The notes: generated from the sequence alone by a model not told the origin. DNA of 63,916 bases, filler included, from Collodictyon triciliatum (GCA_043381765.1; 3 parts of 3 records of this genome joined end to end with filler, not necessarily neighbours in it), one strand, 5' to 3'. Shown: positions 23,629 to 63,689, counted from the first letter of the whole stretch. Program-made: numbers and translations.

Positions 23629-26600
23629 ATGCAACGCGGCCGCAGCCCTGATGATTCTGCCGGAGACGGCGCACTCCCATCGGGTGTCCATCACGTTGTG
23701 ATTCCTCCGCGACCACCACGCAAGACTTTAACCGTGCAAACTCCTTCTTCGGCCTCGTCTGTCCCCGCCAGTCTCTCGTCTGCTCAAACACCATTACAAA
23801 CGCAAATGCAATCACAATCACAATCACAATCACAATCACAATCACAATCACAATCACAATCACAATCACAATCACAATCACAATCACACATGCAAAGTCC
23901 GGCTCTTTACCTCGTCCCAACATCTGGCACGCCTCCGATCCGTCTGCCTTATCAACCGCAGCTGCAATCAACGCTCAACCATGCCAAACCTGGGCATCCT
24001 TCCCAATCGACTGCACCCAATACGCAAGGGACCTCTTCAATGCCCAGCCAGGCAACGGCATCGAGCGCAAATGCTTATCCTCAGATGCATGCAACTATGA
24101 ATAATATACCTGTGTCGATGCCCATGTCTGTGCCTATGCAAATGCCCATAAATATGAATATGCCAATGCCGGTGCAGATGCCAATGCAAGTGCCAATGTC
24201 TATGCCCATGGGAGTTCCTATGAATATGAACATGCCCATGCAGATGCCGATCAATATGGCGGTAAATATGCCCATGCAAAGCCACATGTATGCAAACCAG
24301 ATTCCTGTTTCTTATGCGTATTCACCTCAGTCGTATACCTACTCGCCACAAAATGCAGCCCATCCCCAAGCTTGGCAGCCATCTCAGTACTCTCCATGTG
24401 ATCAATCATCTCCTGTATTTGCAAATCAAGTAACCAGCACCGCTTCTCAAAATGTGCAAGGTCAATCACATCCGCAGCAGAGCCCTCAACAACCACAAGT
24501 GCAAGGACATTCCCCCCAATCTATGCATCAGCACATTCAAATGCACCATCCTCAACAAATGCCGTATCACACGCACTCATTCATGAACCCGATGCACGTA
24601 CAACAATTACAGCAAATGCAGCAAATGCAACAATTACAACAGATGCAACAGATGCAACAGCATATGCACCCAAATCCTGACCCTACAAAGAGGCCCCCAA
24701 ATCAATCTGCTATGCCCAATCATCCAGGTCAGCTACAATCTCAACTTCAACCAAATCCACAATCCACATCTGTCTCCCCTAGTAGCGGTGCAAATGCAAG
24801 CAAAAAACCGCGTATGTTGAATCATGCCACTGAGAATGTTGTATCAGACAACATCCAAATACAGACACCTTCTTCGTCACAAACCCCATCCGTCTCTCAC
24901 ACAAACTCTCAGTGCCTGTCACAATCAACCCAAATCCCCTTGCAAGGCCTTACAAACAGCACAAGTGCGAGTATTCCGACTGCCCCAAACACTCCAACTC
25001 CCGGCAGGAAAAGAATCGCTAGCTCATTAGATAAGCAGCCTCACAACATCCTTAAAAATGCAAAGAAAGTACAGCTGCGAGAAATGTTCTATAAGACTCT
25101 GTCTGCAAAGAGAGGTGCACAAAGGAGCTCAGGAGACCCCGGCCAGTCCCCAAGTCCTGAAAATAAGCCTATTTTCAAGGAAAAACACATTAATGAGCCA
25201 GACGATGGAGAAGCTGCAGTGGAAAATAGAGACGAAGGAGGCCAAGGCCACGATTCCCGAAAGGACGCGCACTCGCCTGGATTGAATTCTTCAGTTTATA
25301 GACCTTCACCTTTTTCTGACACCCATGGACAACAATCTTTTGCCATTAGGGAGACCAAAGCTCCGTCACAATCACCAGGTATTTATAAGATTACAAATGA
25401 AAGAAATTCATTTTCTTACACAACTTTCCTTTCAAAAAAATTATGGCATCTCTTTTTGCATCAGGAAAACAAGAACCGGCTCAAGTTACGAGAGATCTTA
25501 CAAGGAAGACTGTTGAGAGTCCTCGAGATGCAACAGCAAAGTCTGCAAGGAAAGAACACCGTGACCAAATGGATAGAAGCCTCGAAAGTATTTTGAGGTG
25601 CTCAGCCGATGTAGACCTGGAATCAAATGACACCATTTCGACAGGTGGGCACATGAATTGGCGAGCTCGCGAATGGAAGCAGAACGAAATGGATAAGTTG
25701 ATTGAATGCGTCAAGATGCATGGTGAAACAGACCAGTGGGACGCCGTAGCTGAAGATTTAGGGTTGGGTCGTTCGCCTCTGGAATGTAAAAAATACTGGA
25801 CAAGCGTCGTCTATCCAAACTACAAAAACAGGTTTTGCTTTATTCTTATTTATCATCTTTATTTTGGCATTTCTGTGCTTTTTTATTTTGTATATTATTT
25901 TTAGAAAAAAATATGTAATCAACATGAACAACAAGATGGCCCCACACATTCATAAAAAATATTTTGAGGGGGAAAAATTCTTTATTTTATTTTTTAGAAA
26001 ATGGACTTTTGAAGAAGACAAGATATTGCTAAAAGGATTTCGGATGCATGGAGAGTCATGGGATATCATCTCAACTATGCTTCTGGCTCGATCTGAGCGA
26101 TTGGTATGCTCTAATAGCATTATTTTTATTTTTTTTTACTCAAAAATATCAATCAGTCTCTTTCACTCTTTTTTTTTGTTGAAACATTTTTCTTTCAAAA
26201 AAAAACATCAATTATATATAATTTCTTCCTGCACCCACCACTATTTTATTCGCTGAATTTTTTCTTTTGATTCAATAGTGCTGCGAAAGATGGAAGCACT
26301 GGAAAGAACTGGCATCCAATCTCGTGGAGATGGGGATTGAGCATATTGAATCTGTAGCGCCATATCAAAGTATGATTCTAGGGTGGAAAGAAGAGAAACT
26401 TTGGACCCTGCTGCCCATAGCACACGCATTGCCCTGTGTATTGTTCACAAAGTCCAACCAAAGGCTAGCTAGTGGTGGGAAAAGTGGAGTTCAGCTCTTT
26501 ACTGAGCTCTTGGAGAGCAGAGAAGCTCTTGAGAAATACATTCGAGCTTTCGTGGCAAATACATCAGTCAGCTCCAATACATACTCAACAAGCTCTGTCG

Positions 26601-27712
26601 CCAGTCCTCTCTCTCAAATTCAATCAGCGACAAACTCTAACGCCTCACATCCTCTACCTTCTTGCACGGGCAATATAGGAAATAGCAATGTTCTTACGTC
26701 CAAAGCCGGGAATGAAAAGGAATCATTTATCATATCCATGGTGTCCAGATGGGCTCGAATGTATCTTGAGCACACCGCAAGCAAGCATTTGTCCAACTCT
26801 CAATCTGGGAGCCGCACAGGGTCTCCAATGACTCGTGCTCATTCCCGTACGAACTCCCTCACAGCATCGCGCCCAAACTCAAAGACAAACTCGCAAAGCA
26901 ACTCCCAACAAAACTACCAACCGCAATCACCATCGCCCAAACTAGTTGTCGATAAGTCCTCTCCATCCCAACCAAAAACCTCTGAGTTTGTTTGTCAGGT
27001 GTCCCACGAACAATCTACAGGACTCAATAGGGAGACCAATCAGCAGAACCAGCCCTGCAAAACTACAAACTCGGCTCTTTCTCACTCTCCAATTCAACAA
27101 GGTGGGTATGCACAAAGTAACCTATCACTCCAGTTTTTGCCAACGACATCTTCTACTCTTGTAACACCGTGGAAATCTGCTGCAACGGCCACTGTTATCG
27201 AAGGCTCTCGCTACACAACCCATCAACACATGGCATATTCAGGTTATTCTTCTACTAGCCACCTTCCTGATGGACATGATTTTACATCTGATGTCGAGCA
27301 AATGGCTGCCAGGCGATTAGCCTCTATGTCAAGTATAAAAAACTTGTACAGTTCTGGTATCCAAATGTCGAATACGAATGGCTTTGGTTTCAACAGGACT
27401 GAAGAAACCAGATACACTCTCCAAGACAGGCATCCACCAGGAGACAATAAGGATTCTCCTTCAGCTTCGGACTCTGGGACTCAAACGCTTTCCCAATCGT
27501 CGGCTATTGCGCTGCAAAAGGAATTAGTCACCGGCACGGAGTGGGTTCATTCCAACGCCCTGCCAATACCCCCTTTGATGGGTTATAACATTATGCTTCA
27601 CAACACACATCACGGTTCGACGAAACACAATGAAGGACAATCTGCAAACGGAGACATAGTATTTGTAAATCCTCCTACCACCCAGAATCCTCCCAAACGA
27701 GGTGATGAGTGA
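23629..27712 (+). CDS. Myb/SANT two-repeat transcription factor with long Q/S/M/P-rich disordered N-terminus; 4 exons
   Basis: Intron 25379-25464 links exon 1 to repeat 1 (WKQNEMDKLIECVKMHG..WDAVAEDLGLGRSPLECKKYW). Repeat 2 is KWTFEEDKILLKGFRMHGESWDIISTMLLARSERL|CCERW. The long last exon ends in TGA at 27712. Confidence 0.88.
23809..23886 (+). repeat. Coding (CAATCA)n hexamer repeat encoding (QS)n
   Basis: Perfect CAATCA array in Myb exon 1. Confidence 0.95.
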
Positions 27713-28266
27713 TGAATGACATATGAAAAAAAAAAAATAACTGCAGCATGACACTTCTTTGATATTGGAAGAAAATGGTCTCCGTGGAGCTTTAGAGGGA
27801 ATGGGANNNNNNNNNNNNNNNNNNNNNNNNNNNNNNNNNNNNNNNNNNNNNNNNNNNNNNNNNNNNNNNNNNNNNNNNNNNNNNNNNNNNNNNNNNNNNN
27901 NNNNNNNNNNNNNNNNNNNNNNNNNNNNNNNNNNNNNNNNNNNNNNNNNNNNNNNNNNNNNNNNNNNNNNNNNNNNNNNNNNNNNNNNNNNNNNNNNNNN
28001 NNNNNNNNNNNNNNNNNNNNNNNNNNNNNNNNNNNNNNNNNNNNNNNNNNNNAAAAAAAGAAAAAGAAAAAAAGAAAAAGAAAAAAAGAAAAAGAAAAAG
28101 AAAAAGAAAAAAGAAAACAAAAAAAGAAAAGAAAACGAAAAAGTCAGTGGGAACACGACAACTGTTTGAAGAACTCGCAAGGAAATGATCTAAAGATCGA
28201 GCTTTTCTGTCATGCCGAGCAAAAAAGAAGAAAAAGAAAAAGAGAGAAAAAAAAAAAAAAAAAAAA

Positions 28267-28400
28267 GGAGTGAGTGAATACTATCAGCTATTTGCAAAGC
28301 CATCAAAGTCTCATTCTGAAGTCTACACAAACTCTCTTGCCTCACTGTCCAAAATAAAGTTTTCCTAAAAGAAACAAAAAATCAAAAAAAAAAAAAAAAA
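28267..28400 (+). repeat. ~130-bp poly(A)-bounded dispersed repeat, copy 2
   Basis: Matches 23388-23516 with a few small indels and substitutions; ends next to the assembly spacer. Confidence 0.9.
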
Positions 28401-28420
28401 CATTTAAAACAAAAAAAAAA

Positions 28421-28520
28421 NNNNNNNNNNNNNNNNNNNNNNNNNNNNNNNNNNNNNNNNNNNNTTAATTAATTAANNNNNNNNNNNNNNNNNNNNNNNN
28501 NNNNNNNNNNNNNNNNNNNN
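28421..28520. other. Artificial scaffold spacer N44-TTAATTAATTAA-N44
   Basis: Exactly 100 nt with a six-frame stop cassette at 28465-28476. Confidence 0.97.
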
Positions 28521-29402
28521 ATAAAAAAAAAAAAAAAAAAACCCAAAAAAAAAAAAAGAAGGTAGGAAAAAAAAAAAAAAAAGGAACGAAGAGAGAAAGA
28601 AATGTTTTGCGATATTATTTGAAAAAAATTGAATAAAATACTATTTAAAACAATTAATCAATAATAATACATTCACAGTCCTTGAAATGCATTGATTTTT
28701 ATTTTATTTTTTTGCACTTTTTAGGTTATTTTATACAATGCATATTTTTTTTTATGTTGCCTGTTGCCTGTTGCCTGTTTCTTCCGATTGGCTTCTTTAT
28801 GAAAAGCTGAAGGCACCCTTCTTTTCTTTTCTTTTGGAAGTGTATCATACACGCACACACCCAAAGAACAAGAAAACCAAACGGCTGGAATTGATTGTCA
28901 GATTGAAAAAGCACATACTATATCAGGAAAGCTGTCCCGCCTGACTCATTCCTCGAGTTGCGGGACTTTTGCGTGAGGCGGGTATATATTGGAATTTCAA
29001 TCACTTTCGGGACTGGTTCAGTGTGTCGCTTGAAGATCAACGCACCTTCATTCAGGACCCTTCCCTCACCCATTCAAGCTTCTAAACGTTTTTGCACCCG
29101 ACACTCAAGCGAAAACGCCCGATTATTGCAGCAGAGACACGCCCCTCTCTCGGCTGTTCGAAAGAGATGCATTTCTCCCCACGCAAGTTTACCGACTCCA
29201 GGCGCAACGTTGAGTATTCCAAGATAATAACCATCCTGTTCAGTGGTGCCTTGAATAGACATTATCAGGATTGTATGTATTTGTAAGGAATTGTTCCCAA
29301 TCCATTCATTTGTGCTCCACTCGACAAAATACAGACATCAATATATTCCGTTTGATTTGTGATTTATTGACAGAGCGAGACTTTCGAAGATTGCCATATG
29401 AA

Positions 29403-40236
<10,834 letters not shown>

Positions 40237-41093
40237 TTCTCTGTTGGACAGGGAGTGTGTTTGGAAAGGATGGGCAGAAAGTGGAGGAATGTGAGTGCAG
40301 TAGGCCAGGGGAGGAAAGGATCTTCAAGAAATGCTTGTCTGCTAATTCATGTCCCTTTTTGTTANNNNNNNNNNNNNNNNNNNNNNNNNNNNNNNNNNNN
40401 NNNNNNNNNNNNNNNNNNNNNNNNNNNNNNNNNNNNNNNNNNNNNNNNNNNNNNNNNNNNNNNNNNNNNNNNNNNNNNNNNNNNNNNNNNNNNNNNNNNN
40501 NNNNNNNNNNNNNNNNNNNNNNNNNNNNNNNNNNNNNNNNNNNNNNNNNNNNNNNNNNNNNNNNNNNNNNNNNNNNNNNNNNNNNNNNNNNNNNNNNNNN
40601 NNNNNNNNNNNNNNNNNNNNNNNNNNNNNNNNNNNNNNNNNNNNNNNNNNNNNNNNNNNNNNNNNNNNNNNNNNNNNNNNNNNNNNNNNNNNNNNNNNNN
40701 NNNNNNNNNNNNNNNNNNNNNNNNNNNNNNNNNNNNNNNNNNNNNNNNNNNNNNNNNNNNNNNNNNNNNNNNNNNNNNNNNNNNNNNNNNNNNNNNNNNN
40801 NNNNNNNNNNNNNNNNNNNNNNNNNNNNNNNNNNNNNNNNNNNNNNNNNNNNNNNNNNNNNNNNNNNNNNNNNNNNNNNNNNNNNNNNNNNNNNNNNNNN
40901 NNNNNNNNNNNNNNNNNNNNNNNNNNNNNNNNNNNNNNNNNNNNNNNNNNNNNNATAAACTCCATAATAAGATTCAATCTAGATCATCTTAATAAGACAT
41001 GAACAACCAAAATCCAAACGACAAATAAAAAGGAAGAAAAAAAAGCAATAATAATAATAATAAAAAAAACACGTTATATGTAGCAGCGACAGA

Positions 41094-45020
<3,927 letters not shown>

Positions 45021-45671
45021 CCATGCGGATTGTAAAGACGCGATATAGTTCAGACGAAAAGTTCAACTCCGTAATGCCTGCAGATTGCCGATTTTCATGC
45101 ATGGTCAGATGAACGAAAAACAACCAAAAGATAATTGTACCCTCTTTTTTTTTTCAGGGGATTACCAATATGTCCTGGTATACCCACACCCCACCTTTCC
45201 TGGTTTTATTTCATAATTTTTCTCTCTTCCGCTCTCGTGTAATTAATTTTTTTTTATAAGTGTCATAAATAAATCTCAAAATAGACGATGTTCCACACCT
45301 ACACTGACAAGATAAATTAGGTGATAAGACATAATTCGAGGGGGTTATAGTGAGGCTAAAGACTTGCAGCGTGTATGCTTTCATCCTTTTTTATTGGGCT
45401 ATGAGATGACAGATACAATCTATGGACAATTAGGGAGAGCATGCATACTGCCAATGCGAGTGCTTAGGTGACGACATGTATGCATTTTTGACATGAAGAA
45501 AAATCAGCGCGATTGTAAAAAAGATATTTGGTGATGCGTGGCCACATCAACAAGGCGAGACCAAGTTCCAACAGAAAAAACAACAACCATTACAGCATAG
45601 CCGGACTTGAATGATAGCACATGACAAATAATTATAATGTAACTGATTGCAACTTCCTCTTCAGAGAGAAT

Positions 45672-48322
<2,651 letters not shown>

Positions 48323-48876
48323 CTTATAAAGTAGATAAATATATGTATATAAATAATTAAATAAAGAAGTCCAAGATTTTTCAAGTCCGAGGCTATTCAN
48401 NNNNNNNNNNNNNNNNNNNNNNNNNNNNNNNNNNNNNNNNNNNNNNNNNNNNNNNNNNNNNNNNNNNNNNNNNNNNNNNNNNNNNNNNNNNNNNNNNNNN
48501 NNNNNNNNNNNNNNNNNNNNNNNNNNNNNNNNNNNNNNNNNNNNNNNNNNNNNNNNNNNNNNNNNNNNNNNNNNNNNNNNNNNNNNNNNNNNNNNNNNNN
48601 NNNNNNNNNNNNNNNNNNNNNNNNNNNNNNNNNNNNNNNNNNNNNNNNNNNNNNNNNNNNNNNNNNNNNNNNNNNNNNNNNNNNNNNNNNNNNNNNNNNN
48701 NNNNNNNNNNNNNNNNNNNNNNNNNNNNNNNNNNNNNNNNNNNNNNNNNNNNNNNNNNNNNNNNNNNNNNNNNNNNNNNNNNNNNNNNNNNNATGATAAC
48801 AAAGGTGTTCCAAAATAAATCGTCGAGGGGAGATGAGTGAATCAATTTCGTGATGGACCCATCAAGGTGTAAATAC

Positions 48877-50099
48877 CTGTTCTGTTTTGCTCTTTTGACG
48901 TGTTTTTTCTGCATCATAGGCCACCCGAATACTATCGTAATTATCCTTTTTGGATGCCTTCGATGTATAAATGATAAACACATGGAATGTGATACAATAT
49001 CAAAAAAGTATGAAAAATAATTAAAAAGGATTTGTACAATAGCATTCTTGATGTCGGTCTTGACAAATGTTTCCATGGGATTCGTGAATCCGCTCTCCAG
49101 GGATGCCATCTGTGATTTGTCAACAAAGCCCATGATTTAGCACATCATGTATTTAAGGATATGTCGCTTCAATCACTTTCAGTATTTTCATATATCTTGT
49201 CGCAAACATGCAAAAAAAAAAAAAAAAAGCCCCCACCAGATCTTCCTTCGCTGTTTCAATCATGTGAAGATAGCTTCCGATTCGTTTCATGGAGTCTCCT
49301 GCAATCAAAAGTCATATACAGGCTAACATTCAACATTGGACGATTATAAAATATAGGAAACAAGATAAAAATGACCAGTACCGTAGGCTTGGCTGTCAGC
49401 TTCAAATTTTTCGCCCATTTCAATAAGTGCATTGGCAAATTGACGACTGCATTGTATGTTTGCTAGAAGATGTGATAGTAGCATTTGACGGCGATTCTTG
49501 AGTTAGATTTCTGATGTTGTCGCGCAAGGAAAACTGTGATTTCACATGACTGACCTCGCCCTGTGTTCACAACGTCCTTCATCAGCTTATACAGGTTCCG
49601 CACTTGGTCTCTGGTCAACTCTACTTTCTGCACCCGGTAGTGACACATGATTCTCCAAAATCAAAGAAAGCAGAAGTATATTTACGACTTCAAAAAAAAA
49701 AAAAAAGAAGATTGGCAACCTCAAAGTTTTCGGATATGACTGGGTTCTCAGATATGTCCTCAACTTGCCCGGTTCCTTCTTTCATCATCTGCTTTGCCAA
49801 GCTGATCTTCTTAGCCGCCTGTTGACCTGAGTAGTGCGAGATATGCCGTTATCATAATCACTTTGGAGCGGCGATTGGAGAATATTTTTTCATCCAATTA
49901 AAAACAATAGAAAGACATAATATAGAAATGTCTTAAGGTTTCCGTTTTTTTTTTTTTAAGACTTTAAGGCAGGTGCTGTGATTAAGTTTTTCTTTTTGGG
50001 GGAGATGTGAAACATTTAATGAGAAATAATACTTTTTTCCATGGCAATTTCCTTGGCAGAGCCGATCAGCTGCTTATACTTTGAAGCGATGGAACTCAT
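48877..50099 (-). CDS. N-BAR (endophilin/Gvp36-like) domain protein; 3' end lost in gap
   Basis: Spliced MSSIASKYKQLIG..KKISLAKQMMKEGTGQVED..FE|KVELTRDQVRNLYK..|..FANALIEMGEKF..YG|DSMKRIG..|..FTNPMETFVKTDIKNAI|ASKKDNYDSIRVAYDAEK. The F..P...F...DIK and R..YDA.K motifs are characteristic of endophilin-type BAR domains. Confidence 0.75.
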
Positions 50100-50816
50100 T
50101 CTTTGTGGCAAGGTGGGAGACTGAATGAAGAGGGAATTTTGTTGAGTGATTGCAGTGGTCTTTAACTAAGAGAAAAAGAAATCAAGTGATTAAGAGAAGA
50201 AATGGAAAAAGAAAAAGGGGGAAACAGATTGCTCCGATCAAACTTCAAACTTCAAACAGCAGGCGAGAATCTATCACGAGTATCAAGCGGAGGAGTATTA
50301 GACATCACCAGCCAACACGGTCACTTCGTAAACTGCTACACTATATGTTCTGTTACTTAAATATATTATATGCACCCCTATAATATCAATATTAAATGAA
50401 TGACAAATCATAAAATTTTGATTCCACATTTATATACAAAGGGCAAATATTCGGCCTCGGATATTAGCCTGATGTTGCCCAAATGCAGGTGGAAGGCTTC
50501 CAGTTTAGTCTCAAATACCGTTGAACTCTTTTCTGGAAACGCGAAGCGCACCGATGATGTCTGCAACGCTGCCGATCAAAACAACCGCACAAATCAGAAG
50601 CAAAAGGAAGACTCTAGCGATCAAAGAACACGGCGTCGACTCGACCAGAATCTGAGATCATTCCACGGACTCATTCGACTGTTCTCCGCTCATGAAAATC
50701 CCACACAACCAGGGGAGAAATCGTCTCTGACTTCACGCATCACCAGAAAGGACTCTGCATACCCCATATATTCGACATACCTGTAGAATCCCCCAGAAGA
50801 AAAGAGGCATACTGCA

Positions 50817-56688
<5,872 letters not shown>

Positions 56689-56871
56689 GTACGATATATT
56701 TGCGCATATGAATTCACCTTACCTATGCATTTTAGGCAAAATGCGCGTCTACCTCATATATCGCATGGATATTTTTATTTTATTTTGTTTTGTTTTGTTT
56801 TGTTTTGTTTTGTTTTGTTTTGTTTTGTTTTGTTTTGTTTTGTTTTGTTTTGTTTTGTTTTGTTTTGTTTT

Positions 56872-56971
56872 NNNNNNNNNNNNNNNNNNNNNNNNNNNNN
56901 NNNNNNNNNNNNNNNTTAATTAATTAANNNNNNNNNNNNNNNNNNNNNNNNNNNNNNNNNNNNNNNNNNNN
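56872..56971. other. Artificial scaffold spacer N44-TTAATTAATTAA-N44
   Basis: Same 100-nt cassette, with TTAATTAATTAA at 56916-56927. Confidence 0.97.
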
Positions 56972-57159
56972 TTTTTGTTTTTTGTTTTTTGTTTTTTGTT
57001 TTTTGTTTTTTGTTTTTTGTTTTTTGTTTTTTGTTTTTTGTTTTTTGTTTTTTGTTTTTTGTTTTTTTGACGCTCTCATCAGCTATTAAGTATTGTGAAG
57101 GGCGATATCCCATATCCATTCATCATAAAATATGTATGCTGTACATTCCCTAATTCAAT

Positions 57160-59518
57160 TCAGTCGCTATCATAAAAATAACAAACAAGGTGTCCTCCGT
57201 ATTCCTTTGGTAAGTTGGTCAACCCAATGTCACGAGCGAGAGTATCATGAAAGTTGTACCCAAGGATTTGAACCTTATTGACATAGTATATATTATACGT
57301 TAACTCGTAGTCTCTGACAAACTGTGAAAAGCTAAAGCTGTACCACGGAAGCGGGTATGAAAACACACTCAATAGTTTTACTCGTGCCTTGTGTGCATAT
57401 AAACGGGTTTATTGAGTACCTTCGAAAGGGTGATTTCATCTAACCAGGGTTTCACGATGGCCCAAATCATGTTGAAGACCTTAGGTAGAAAATGCATTTA
57501 GATGAGCAGATAGTGCAGATAAATATCGCAATCACGCCATCCTGCTTTCACTTTGCTCGATGACGAATTCCATAGATATAATACAAACCTTTGGTGTGCG
57601 AATCACGTACAATTTTTTCATAGTCTCAGGGTAGTTTTGTTCATCGAGTTGAATAAACTCTTGCAAAACAGATAGCCCGGGCTACAAAAAAAAAAGTAAA
57701 TATGCATAATTACACAAAGCTGCCACCCAAGCCTTTGTTAGATTAGAATTTATGTAATCATATTCTTGATATGTATATATATATATATCGATTCTTTTGG
57801 GAAAATAAGAGAAAGGAAGGTGGCTGAAAAAGTCGACCGTGCATACCTTGTAAAAGTGCTGCCATCCGAGACCATCCACATCAGAGATAAAAAGGCTGGT
57901 TTCGATGGTCTTTCCAAGTCGCTGAGATGCCTCACGGCGCCTTGATGAACACATACATTCGGAAAATCATAAGTCCCAGGAAAGTCGGTTGACAATGAGA
58001 AAAGCCCGTGTCTTTGTGTACCACCACAAACTGACAAAAATAAATAAAACAATTCTTAATATATCATGGTATATGTCTTACAGCTGTCGCCCTTTTTCAT
58101 GCAAATAGATATGGTATTGAACTAATTGTTCGCGAGTGAATCTCTTCAGTAAGCCTAGTGACAGTTGCAAACCATAAGTTCTTTCGCCTATGCAAGAATA
58201 TGTATGTATGGTTCTGCGGATTACCTTTGGGGTCGAGTCGCCCGAGGCATTCTACATAAACTGGCGAACCCTCCAAGTCAGTTGTCACATACCCTGCTGG
58301 GAAAACTTGGCGAATAATATCAAAGTCGCGATTTCCTTCGACACGTTGAATGATAGCGCCCACTTGATTCTTTTCATACCAGTTCTATAGTCCAAATAAT
58401 CCAAGTTATTCATCACTTCCGAAACTCCAAAGTGACCATTACATCTGCTTTGTCTATTTTCAGTATCGAGTCCTATCATGATGTTTGCATGTTGGTGCTT
58501 ACCAGGTGGTTCAAAAGCATGTCACCGCTCTTTTGCGCATCGAACTTGCTAAATCCCAAAAAAAAAAAAAGGTAAGCTTTCAACTGTGATATTCTATGTT
58601 GAACACTGTTTTTTATTTTTCTTTTGCATCATGGTTTATTTATAGCAGCGACAGTGTAATATTATTTATTTTTTCAATTTGTACAATATGAGAGGCTTTG
58701 TCCTTGCTTCAATACCCATCATGGAATAATGGCTAGCGAATAAAGGACAAAACCTCCACCATCGTGCCCAAGCTGAAAGGAAGATATAAATATCACCCAT
58801 CATACAATAATCATAAGTCGTGCTACACAAAAATAAAACATATACCGGGCTCGGCAAAAGCGGAGAATGTAAGCATCATCGATGTCTGGTCGGCGTGGGA
58901 GATGATGCACGAGGTATTGCTTCACAAAGTCTAGAACCTATTTTTTTCATGAAACTCAGCATACCCCGATTTATGGGTTTATGGCGACTCATCCAACACA
59001 AGAAAAAAAAAAGCAAAGCCTATATATGCAAGGATGCGGTTTTTTTGACTGTGAGGGTATGTTCCGTCCCCATTTATTGAATTAGAGGGGTGCTACCCTG
59101 ACTTGAAAAGAAAGAAAAGAGGCCAAAGTAGTGATGAAGACGAAAGGAAACAAAAAATAAAAATAACCATATTAATAAAGTGAAAATGAAAGTAAAAGTA
59201 AAAGTAAAGGGCACAAACTAAAAGTAAAGGTAAAAGTAAAGGTAAAAGTAAAGGTAAAGGTAAAGGTAAAGGTAAAGGTAAAGGTAAAGGTAAAGGTAAA
59301 GGTAAAGGTAAAGGTAAAGGTAAAGGTAAAGGTAAAGGTAAAGGTAAAAGTAAAGGTAAAAGTAAAGGTAAAAGTAAAGGTAAAAGTAAAGGTAAAAGTA
59401 AAGGTAAAAGTAAAGGTAAAAGTAAAGGTAAAAGTAAAGGTAAAAGTAAAAGTAAAAGTAAAGGGCACAAACTAACCTGAGCCTGAGCAGGAGAAAGATT
59501 TCCTACGTATCCAGACAT
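57160..59518 (-). CDS. SEC14/CRAL-TRIO lipid-binding protein, SEC14L2-like N-terminus
   Basis: MSGYVGNLSPAQAQ, DDAYILRFCRARKFD, DLEGSPVYVECLGRLDPK, EQNYPETMKKLYVIRTP, WAIVKPWLDE and LPKEYGG. Confidence 0.93.
59189..59475. repeat. (RGTAAA)n array in SEC14 intron 1, bounded by a 33-bp direct repeat
   Basis: Direct reading. Confidence 0.93.
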
Positions 59519-60408
59519 CTGCCTTTCTTATGGTGCTACATAGTCATTGTTTGGTGGTGTGAATAAAACAAGACGGCGTTCGTGTGACGGTGCTCGGTCG
59601 TGCTTTCGGGACGCCGCAAGTCACGCAACACAGCAAAAGGTTGATTCGGAAGCAGAGATTTCCGAGGGTGTGAGTGAAAGAGACTGAGTGGACAAGCGGA
59701 TTAGAAAAGAGGCAGTCACTTCTGCTTTGGTATTTGCGAAGTTTGCTTTGATTGTTGAGACGGGTTGAACTGTTAAGATTTTTAGATCAAAAAAGAAATT
59801 GCGTAACTAGCTGAGGACGTCAGAGAAGGTTCGACTATAACGACCGCGATCCGTCGATCAGGAAGCTTCGAAGTGATTCATCGATCATTCTTTCTTCTCT
59901 TCGGTGACACTGTTTGGAGACAAAAGTATTCATGAGAATAGTGACATTCCGACTATTCGACATCTTCAAAAAAAATAACCAATAACAGTATTTTTCTATG
60001 AATTTTTTTATTTAAGAATATGTCTGTTCGAAAGATTCATTACCATTGTCATGATGGAGCAGGTTTTATCAGTGCGTGAATATTAAATTTTTATAGAATT
60101 ATCATGAATATTATTAATTGACCTCCACTTCGACCATTATTACATCAATGTGCATCTAGAAATACATATAACCTATTATATATAATTTCCAGTAATGTAC
60201 CATGTGGTCTTTCTATCGCACAACCGATTATTGCGAACAACATCCTCCATCGCTGCCAAGAGGCTTTGTGCTGCGCCAGAAACAACTAACCAGAAAGTTG
60301 AAAGGTTTGCGTGTAGAGTGTGTTTTTCTGTATTGAACTCTTTCAGAACTACTAAAGCAAGGGCGCAATGGAACTGCCGCTTCATTGTCTCTCTGTCTCT
60401 CTTAGGCG

Positions 60409-63689
<3,281 letters not shown>

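Noticed and set aside
28465-28476. Palindromic TTAATTAATTAA within N runs (also 56916-56927)
   Set aside because: Synthetic six-frame-stop spacer from contig concatenation. It is not biological, and gene order across it is unverified.
28927-29227. Possible terminal exon of a plus-strand gene after the spacer
   Set aside because: Short ORF without motifs; cannot be told apart from the NCAPD2 3' UTR or intergenic DNA.
59222-59445. (GGTAAA)n as an interstitial telomeric repeat
   Set aside because: It does not match TTAGGG/TTTAGGG-type repeats and grades into (AGTAAA)n; ordinary intronic microsatellite.
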